Positions 57,506 through 64,000 of a stretch of DNA of 64,000 bases are shown here, one piece after another. Where the stretch lies: positions 5,964-69,963 of the forward strand of contig DATJJB010000467.1 of assembly GCA_035492655.1 (NCBI GenBank). The letters run 5' to 3'. Each line of letters opens with the position of its first letter. The stretch's first letter is position 1. A model generated the notes under the pieces. The model saw nothing but the letters and a program-made list of their open reading frames with translations. It had not been told where the DNA came from and searched no databases. This stretch comes from Kutzneria sp. (GTDB taxonomy: Bacteria > Actinomycetota > Actinomycetes > Mycobacteriales > Pseudonocardiaceae). The translations under genes and the position numbers were made by a program.

Positions 57506-60114
57506 GCTGTTCCCTTCAGGTCCTTCTCGTGGCCAAAATCCTTTTCAGGACTGTAGAAGTGCTGGTCCCACGTTGCGCCGCCGTCGTCGGTGGACAACAC
57601 GGTGCCCTCGTCGCCGACGATCCACAGCCGCTCCGGTGACAGCACGGCGACGTCCCACAGCGACATGCCCGATCCCGTCACGTCGACCCGCCAGGTGTCG
57701 CCGCCGTCACGGGTGATCGCCACGACATCGCTGCGGCCGACCGCGCAGCCGGTGCGGCCGTCGGCCGAGAAGTGCACGGTGACGAAGTTCTGCGTGGTGC
57801 CGCTCTCGTGGCTCCGCCAGGTCCGGCCGCCGTCGGCGGTGCTGACGATCGTGCCGCCGTCCCCGACGGCCCAGACCCTGTTGGCGTCGATGACATGCAC
57901 GCCGAGCAGGTCGTCCACGGTGCCGCTGTGCTGGTGGATCCAGGTGCGGCCGCCGTCGGTGGTGGCCAGGATCTTGCCCCGCTCGCCGGTGGTCCAGCCG
58001 GTCGTGTCATCGGCGAAACCGATCTCCCACAACGGGATGTCGGCCATGCCGGTGGTCGGCTGGTGGACCCAGGTCGCGCCGCCGTCGCTCGTGTGCACGA
58101 TCGTGCCGCAGTCGCCGACCGCCCACGCCGTCCTGGCGTCCGGGCGGGCGTGCATCGACAGCAGGTCCCGCATGGAGCCGCTCTGCTGCGGCTGCCAGGT
58201 CCGGCCGGCGTCCTCGGTGGTCATGATCGTGCCACCGCGGCCGATGGTCCATCCCTTGCGGCCGTTGGGCATCGCGATGCGGTACTGGTTGCGGGTGGTG
58301 TTGCTGCGTTGGTGGTGCCAGCGGCCGGCGCGGCGCGAGGCCAGCACCGTGCCGCCGTCGCCGACCACCCAGCCGTTGTCCGTCGCCGGGTCGATCAGCA
58401 CGCCGTAGAGGTTCTTGCCGGTGCTTTCCACTCGGGCAGCCCAGGTTTCGCCGTCGGTCGTGGCGATGATCTGGCCACCGTCACCGACCGCGGTGGCTTT
58501 GCCGTTGCCGGCCCAGACGTCCTTGAGGGCTCCCGTGACCGTGCTGTCCTGCGGCTGCCAGAGCTCGCCGTCCTGCGTCGCCAGGACCGTGCCGGCATCA
58601 CCGACCGCCCAGCCGTTGTTGCCGTCGAACGCGATACCCCAAAGCGCGTGCTCGGTGCCGCTCTTCTGCTGTTGCCAGGTGGTGCCGCCGTCTTGCGTGG
58701 CCAGAATCGTGCCGTTGCGGCCGACGATGAACGCCGTGTTGTCATCCAAGGCATATACGGTGGTGAGATTCGCGCTGACCGGCGATTCCTGGCTGTGCCA
58801 GGTGTTTCCGTCCTCGGTGACGAGGATCGTGCCGTCCGCCCCGACCGCCCAGCCCTTCTTGTCGGCGAAGGTGATTCCCCACAGGTGGCGGTCGGTGCCG
58901 CTGTCCTGCCGGGTCCAGATGCTGCCGTCCTTGACCAGGATCGTGCCGTTGGCGCCCACGACTCGTCCCGAGTGGACGCCGTAAAGGTGTTCGGTGGTGC
59001 CGCTGTCGTCGCGTTGCCAGGTCTGGCCGCCGTCTTCGGTGACCACGATCGTGCCGTTCGCCCCGACCGCGTGGTCGTTGTGCACGGCCCACAGCAGTTC
59101 GTCGACGCCGATGTGCCCGCCGCGCCAGGTTGTGCCGCCGTCCGTGCTGAGCACGACCGTGCCGCTCTGTCCGACCACCCAGCGCTTGTCGCCCGTGCCA
59201 TGGATGCCGACGAGGTCCATGTACGTGCCGTCCAGCTGCGGCCGCCAGGTCTCGCCACCGTCCGGCGTGCCCAGGATCAGGCCGTCATCGCCCGCCGCCC
59301 AGCCGTTCTCGGCGTTCTGGTCGAAGGACAGCGACACCACGTCCTTGCCCGTGCCGCTGTCCTGCGGGGCCCACGTTTCGCCGCCGTCGTTCGAGGCGAA
59401 GATGTAGCCGTCGTCGCCGGAGGCCCTGATCTTGCCGCCGTCCGGCGACACCCACAGGCCGTAGATGTCCAGTTCCGTGCCGGCGTCCACCTTCGTCCAC
59501 GTGGCTCCGCCGTCCTTGGTGTGCAGCAGCGTGCCTTTGCGGCCGCTGGCCCATACCTCGTCGTGGGAGATCGCGTAGATGCCCCGGACGTCGTTCTCCA
59601 CGCCCGTGGGCTGGATCCGCCAGGTCTCGCCGCCGTCCGTGGTCGCGAGGATCCGGCCCCGCATGCCCACCACCCACGCCGTGTTGTCATCCAGCGCGTA
59701 ACACCGCGACAGGTGCGTGTCGTCGATCCCGTCCTGCCGGCTCCAGGTCCGGCCGCCGTCCCTCGTCACCAGCACCGTGCCGCTGTCCCCGACCGCCCAG
59801 CCCGTACGACCCGAGGGCGCGACCGCGATGCCGTACAGATTCCGGTCCGTCCCCGATGGGCAGATTTCCCAGCGGTGGCCGCCGTCCTCGGTCCGCAGGA
59901 TCGTCCCGTCCCGCCCGGCCACCCAGCCCCGCTCGGTGTCCACGAAGCTCACCGCCCGCAGGTCCTTCTCGGTCTCGCCCTGCGGCCGCCACGTCATGCC
60001 CGCGTCGCCCGTCATGAGGATCATGCCGCCGTCGCCCACCGCCCAGCCGCACCGGTCGGTCACCAGCGCCACGCCTTGCAGGTTCACGCTGCGCGGGGCA
60101 ATGCTGCACATCAT
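57502..60114 (-). CDS. YCF48/BNR-repeat beta-propeller protein (21 repeats)
   Basis: 21 copies of (G)WAVGxxGxIxxTxDGGxTW. Start MMCS after GAGGGGGAG. No signal peptide visible. Confidence 0.88.
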   Translation of the reverse strand: MMCSIAPRSVNLQGVALVTDRCGWAVGDGGMILMTGDAGMTWRPQGETEKDLRAVSFVDTERGWVAGRDGTILRTEDGGHRWEICPSGTDRNLYGIAVAPSGRTGWAVGDSGTVLVTRDGGRTWSRQDGIDDTHLSRCYALDDNTAWVVGMRGRILATTDGGETWRIQPTGVENDVRGIYAISHDEVWASGRKGTLLHTKDGGATWTKVDAGTELDIYGLWVSPDGGKIRASGDDGYIFASNDGGETWAPQDSGTGKDVVSLSFDQNAENGWAAGDDGLILGTPDGGETWRPQLDGTYMDLVGIHGTGDKRWVVGQSGTVVLSTDGGTTWRGGHIGVDELLWAVHNDHAVGANGTIVVTEDGGQTWQRDDSGTTEHLYGVHSGRVVGANGTILVKDGSIWTRQDSGTDRHLWGITFADKKGWAVGADGTILVTEDGNTWHSQESPVSANLTTVYALDDNTAFIVGRNGTILATQDGGTTWQQQKSGTEHALWGIAFDGNNGWAVGDAGTVLATQDGELWQPQDSTVTGALKDVWAGNGKATAVGDGGQIIATTDGETWAARVESTGKNLYGVLIDPATDNGWVVGDGGTVLASRRAGRWHHQRSNTTRNQYRIAMPNGRKGWTIGRGGTIMTTEDAGRTWQPQQSGSMRDLLSMHARPDARTAWAVGDCGTIVHTSDGGATWVHQPTTGMADIPLWEIGFADDTTGWTTGERGKILATTDGGRTWIHQHSGTVDDLLGVHVIDANRVWAVGDGGTIVSTADGGRTWRSHESGTTQNFVTVHFSADGRTGCAVGRSDVVAITRDGGDTWRVDVTGSGMSLWDVAVLSPERLWIVGDEGTVLSTDDGGATWDQHFYSPEKDFGHEKDLKGTA

Positions 60115-60589
60115 CCGTCGACTCCCCCTCGTCGATCCCACCCGTGCGCAGGCTAGCACCGACATCCGTGCCGTCGAGGCCCTCGAGCCGTGCGGTCACG
60201 GTCGAAGCCAGTGACCTTCCAGCGATCCCTGAGCGAGCAAGGCTCACGGTAAATGTGAGTATTGTTCATCACGCATTTCCCGGAAACCACGAGAGACTAC
60301 GCGGGCCGGATGAGCGGGCCGGTGGCAGGGGTCTGGCGAACTTCCACCAGCTATCCCCTTTATGATCTTGACTGCATCCAAGCCCGTGCTTTCTACACGC
60401 CAAGTCGAGAGTCGGGGGGTGGACCTCACGCAGGTCCACCGGGTTCTCGACCGGCGTGTGGCCCGGAGGTAGGGTGGCTGCTTTCCACGGCCCGGGGAGA
60501 AAGGATGACGACGAGACCATGGTTAAGAACCTGGGCGACGAGAACGGCGGCTGATACGTACAGCGTGCGTGTCACCGCGAGAGGGGTCT

Positions 60590-61471
60590 TTACTGGCGGA
60601 TCGCCAGAGAGGCCCCTTTCCTCAACTCCAGCCGCAGTCCGATCCGGTGATCGGGCGGCAGTTCCCTGGCCTCGATCACGTGCGTCAACCGGCCTTCGCC
60701 GTCCCGGCTCGTCTCCAGTGTGACGCCTTCCTGGAAACCGATGTGCCCGCAGTAGGTCTCGGTGTCCTTGGGCAGCACGATCTTGTACCGGGCGCGGGTG
60801 ATCTGCGTGCCGAGCTTGATGGTGAACTCGTCGCACTCGCCACGCATCAGCGGCGCGCACTTTCCCGGCCACGCCGTTTCCAGCCTGATGGATATCTCGC
60901 TGCCCACCTTCAGCGGGGCGGGAAAGTGCACGAGAACGCCGATCTTCTCGTTGGAGAACCAGGCGACCGTCCGATCCAGGCGGGTGCCCAGCATGTCGCC
61001 GACGAGCAGGTTGCGGACCTGCACGTCGACCTTTCGCTGGAACCTGGCCGGCTGCGGCCATTTGCAGCCGAACCAGAGCACGAACGTCCGCACGTCGTCC
61101 GTTTCCACCTTCGCCCGCACCTTCATGGTGTCGACGGCGTCGCCGTTCGGCGCGACGACGATCGTCTTGTCCCATGAGGTGATGCGATAACCCGGCGTCT
61201 GGCCGTGCAAGGCATAGGCGTAGTCGAAGATGAGCCGCTGGTCGGCCTGGATTCGGCGTTGCAGCGCCCGTCGGTCGGCCAACAGCAGCAGCCCGCCGCC
61301 GAGCGCGGTCAACATGATCACGACAATTGCGCCGGCCCTGATCGCCACGTCCCCGAGAATCGCGCCGCACAGCGCGGCGAACGACAGCAATCCGACTATG
61401 GCCCGTGCCAACCCGGACGGTCCCTCGCCGGCGAGGTAGTCGTCGAGCCAGGCGATGAAACTGCGCAGCAC
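60590..61471 (-). CDS. Hypothetical protein, 2 TM helices + beta-rich domain
   Basis: GTG start after AAGGGGGG. Two hydrophobic helices followed by alternating beta-strand patterns. Confidence 0.75.
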   Translation of the reverse strand: MLRSFIAWLDDYLAGEGPSGLARAIVGLLSFAALCGAILGDVAIRAGAIVVIMLTALGGGLLLLADRRALQRRIQADQRLIFDYAYALHGQTPGYRITSWDKTIVVAPNGDAVDTMKVRAKVETDDVRTFVLWFGCKWPQPARFQRKVDVQVRNLLVGDMLGTRLDRTVAWFSNEKIGVLVHFPAPLKVGSEISIRLETAWPGKCAPLMRGECDEFTIKLGTQITRARYKIVLPKDTETYCGHIGFQEGVTLETSRDGEGRLTHVIEARELPPDHRIGLRLELRKGASLAIRQ

Positions 61472-61593
61472 CGTGCCCCCCTTACCTCGCGCGAAGCCCC
61501 GATAGCCCTGAGTGACCACTCAACGGTAGCGAGGAAAGAGGTGGGTGTGGCGGTGAGTTGCTCGGCCGGACGGGTGACCCCTGATTCCCTAGT

Positions 61594-62460
61594 TCATCGC
61601 TGTTTCCCGGTCGGGAGTTTCACCGGGTACTCCTGGTCGAAGTCGGCCGAGCGGCTCACCGCTGCCCACGCCTCGGCTTCCGCCAGCTGCCCACGTGAAT
61701 ACGTCTGCGCGAGCTCCACCGCGCCGGCCCCGAGCAGCAGATGTGATGGCAGGTCAGGGTTTTTCACGACCCGCACCAGGATTTCCCCGGCCCGCCGGGG
61801 ATCCCCGGCCGTGAATTCGGGCCGGTTGAGGCCGCCGGCCAGCGCGCCGACGGTCGCCGCGTACTCCGGGGCGATGTCGTGGACCGCCATGGACGCGCCG
61901 GCCCAGTCGGTGGCGAACCCGGCCGGTTCGACCACGAGACAGCGAACCCCCAGCGGCGCGAGTTCGGTGGCCAACACCCGGGTCAGACCGTCCACCGCGA
62001 ACTTCGCCGCCTGGTACGACCCGAGCCCCGGCGTGCCACCGACCCGGCCGCCGATCGACGAGAACTGCACGATGGTGCCCGCGCCCTGGGCCTTCAACAC
62101 CGGGATCGCCGCGGTGGAAACGGTGTACACACCCCAGAAGTTGGTGTCGAACTGCCGCCGGAAGTCCTCTTCCGACGCGGTCTCCACCGGCGCGATGTTG
62201 GCGTAGCCGGCATTGTTGACCACCACGTCGACCCGGCCGAAGTTTGCCACTGTCGATGCCAGGGCGGCCACCGCCGCGGCCCGATCGGTGACGTCCAGCG
62301 CCAGCGGCAGGACCCGGTCCCCGTACTTCCGCACCAGATCGTCGAGCTGTTCCGGGCGTCGCGCCGTGGCGGCCACCTGGTCGCCTGCCTCCAGCGCGGC
62401 GATCACGAGCTGGCGGCCGAAGCCTCGGGACGACCCGGTGATGAACCATGTCTGCGTCAT
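61594..62460 (-). CDS. Short-chain dehydrogenase/reductase
   Basis: TWFITGSSRGFG, NNAGY, YQAAK, VEPAGFATDW. Confidence 0.95.
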   Translation of the reverse strand: MTQTWFITGSSRGFGRQLVIAALEAGDQVAATARRPEQLDDLVRKYGDRVLPLALDVTDRAAAVAALASTVANFGRVDVVVNNAGYANIAPVETASEEDFRRQFDTNFWGVYTVSTAAIPVLKAQGAGTIVQFSSIGGRVGGTPGLGSYQAAKFAVDGLTRVLATELAPLGVRCLVVEPAGFATDWAGASMAVHDIAPEYAATVGALAGGLNRPEFTAGDPRRAGEILVRVVKNPDLPSHLLLGAGAVELAQTYSRGQLAEAEAWAAVSRSADFDQEYPVKLPTGKQR

Positions 62461-62465
62461 GCAGT

Positions 62466-62508
62466 TAGTACAACGCCGTTGCGTTAATAACGCAACCTGG
62501 TTTTGCTA
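62466..62508. promoter_or_regulatory. Tandem TetR operators
   Basis: TAGTACAAC-gcc-GTTGCGTTA and TAACGCAAC-ctg-GTTTTGCTA. The inner halves form a perfect 9-bp inverted repeat (62478-62496). Confidence 0.75.
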
Positions 62509-62519
62509 TGATGTGCCGC

Positions 62520-63146
62520 ATGACACAACGGGCACGAAGCGTGACGGCGAAACAGGAGCGTGAGCGGGCCATCCTGGACGCCGCCGGGGCCCTCGCCGCC
62601 GAGCGCAGCGTGCGTGAGGTGACCCTCACCGACATCGCCGCCGCCGTGGGCCTGCACAAATCGGCTATGCTCCGCTACTTCGAGACGCGCGAGCAGATCT
62701 TCCTGCTGATCACCGCCGAGGCCTGGCGGGAGTGGTCAGTCGCGGTCCGCGAGGCCTTGGCTGTCGCCGACCGTGACGACGTCCCGGCGATCCTGGCGCG
62801 GTCGTTCGTGTCCCGGCCGGTGTTCTGCGATCTGCTCGGGCAGGCCCCGATGAACCTGGAACGCAACGTGTCACTCGACGCCGTCCACCAGTTCAAGACC
62901 GTCGTGCTCGGCGAGGTCGCTGCCGTGCGGGAATCGTTGCGGCAACTGGGAATCAGCGAGCATGGCGCGGCACTGCTCACCACCACCGGGGCGAGCATGG
63001 CCGGCGCGCTGTGGCAGATGGCAGCGCCGGGCACACAACTGCGCGAGTTCTACCAGTCGCATCCCGACCTCGGTCACGCCGTCGTCGACGTCGAACCGCA
63101 GCTGACCGACATCCTCACCGCGATTCTCAACGGCACGGCCTCGTGA
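62520..63146 (+). CDS. TetR family regulator
   Basis: QRARS..AK..RE.AILDAA and HTH TLTDIAAAVGLHKSAMLRYFETREQI. Confidence 0.93.
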   Translation: MTQRARSVTAKQERERAILDAAGALAAERSVREVTLTDIAAAVGLHKSAMLRYFETREQIFLLITAEAWREWSVAVREALAVADRDDVPAILARSFVSRPVFCDLLGQAPMNLERNVSLDAVHQFKTVVLGEVAAVRESLRQLGISEHGAALLTTTGASMAGALWQMAAPGTQLREFYQSHPDLGHAVVDVEPQLTDILTAILNGTAS

Positions 63147-64000
63147 ACGGCATCGCCCTCGCGCTCGTGCTGACCGCCGCCGTCGTGCACGCCATCTGGA
63201 ACCTCGCCGCCAAGCAGGTCGGCGACGGCGGCGCCCGGTTCGTCTTCCTCTACTACACGGTTTCCGCCGTCTTCTTCGGTCCCGTTGCCGTGGTTCAAAT
63301 CTTCTTAACAGGTCCACAGTGGACCGTGTTGGGGATCTGGCTGCTGGCCGCCCTTGGCACCGCCGTCCTGCATGTCGGTTACGGCATCGTCCTGCAACGC
63401 GGCTACGCCGTCGGCGACCTCTCCGTCGTGTACCCGCTGGCCCGTGGCACCGGCCCGCTCCTGACCGTGCTCGTCGCCGTGCTGTTCCTGCACGAACATC
63501 CCGGCTGGTCCGGCCTGCTCGGCGCCTTCCTCGTCATCTCCGGCGTGCTCGTCATCAGCTCCGGCAAGACCGCCCACACCGATCCTGCCCGCCGCCGCGC
63601 CGGCGTCTGCTACGGCCTGCTCACCGGCGCCTTCATCGCCGCGTACACCTTGTGGGACGCCCATTCCGTCACCACGCTGGGCATTCCGCCCATCGCCTAC
63701 TTCGGTATCGGATCCATCTTCCAGAGCCTGCTCATGGCCCCTTCCGTCCTCCGCGACCGCTCCTCCGTCGCCGACCTCTGGCGCCGCCACCGCCGCCAGG
63801 TCCTCGTCGTCGGCCTGCTCTCGCCCCTCGGCTACCTTTTTGTCCTCTACGCCCTACAACTGGCCCCCGTCAGCCTCGTCGCCCCCGCCCGCGAACTGTC
63901 GATCGTCCTCGGCGGTCTGGCCGCCTGGCGCCTCCTCGGCGAAACCCAAGCCGCCCGCCGCCTCATCGGCTCACTGGTCGTCCTGGCCGGCATCGCCGCC
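63143..64000 (+). CDS. EamA/DMT transporter (runs off the window end; absent from the ORF track)
   Basis: GTGA overlap with tetR. VNGIALALVLTAAVVHAIWNLAAK, GDLSVVYPLARGTGP, VAPARELSIV. Confidence 0.9.
   Translation, partial: MNGIALALVLTAAVVHAIWNLAAKQVGDGGARFVFLYYTVSAVFFGPVAVVQIFLTGPQWTVLGIWLLAALGTAVLHVGYGIVLQRGYAVGDLSVVYPLARGTGPLLTVLVAVLFLHEHPGWSGLLGAFLVISGVLVISSGKTAHTDPARRRAGVCYGLLTGAFIAAYTLWDAHSVTTLGIPPIAYFGIGSIFQSLLMAPSVLRDRSSVADLWRRHRRQVLVVGLLSPLGYLFVLYALQLAPVSLVAPARELSIVLGGLAAWRLLGETQAARRLIGSLVVLAGIAA

Noticed and set aside
57502-60114. CRISPR or non-coding tandem repeat
   Set aside because: The periodicity is degenerate and at the protein level (BNR repeats). There are no identical repeats with spacers and no cas genes.

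Overview
This is high-GC actinomycete DNA, Pseudonomocardiaceae-like by inference from gene content, and the window is entirely accessory. No rRNA, tRNA, CRISPR array or intact transposase was seen. There are six blocks. (1) 0.1-6.5 kb: a GT-B-like protein and a nucleotide-sugar dehydrogenase, divergent from an AfsR/SARP-NB-ARC-TPR regulator, which is faced by a small secreted-looking peptide. (2) 7.2-17.4 kb: a VMAP/MoxR/vWA ternary conflict system. The VMAP carries an apparently intact class III nucleotidyl cyclase domain and the vWA is fused to an FxsT-type NB-ARC-TPR. Next to it are a cNMP-binding Crp regulator, an FxSxx-like precursor with no Phe/Trp/Tyr, and a stand-alone HExxH enzyme. 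(3) 18.6-25.3 kb: a Pls/PosA-type membrane NRPS with a DABA aminotransferase and an aspartokinase, a predicted poly-diaminobutyrate cluster. (4) 25.3-38.4 kb: a MalT-like LuxR locus (GH13, GH63-like, MFS, small membrane proteins, K+ channel) tied together by 6-7 copies of a TCAYCC-N5-GGRTGA palindrome. (5) 38.4-56.9 kb: a SARP-flanked biosynthetic operon that I do not recognise. It encodes a DltA-like A domain, an ACP-citrate synthase fusion, a divergent aconitase, an unknown protein, an epimerase, a dehydrogenase, a flavin monooxygenase and reductase, two ATP-grasp ligases and an MFS, and is preceded by a 7-codon ORF, MTDDTHW. (6) 56.9-64 kb: an RraA-family protein, a 21-repeat beta-propeller protein, a hypothetical protein, an SDR/TetR pair and an EamA transporter. 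All family calls come from motif recognition; no database searches were run.
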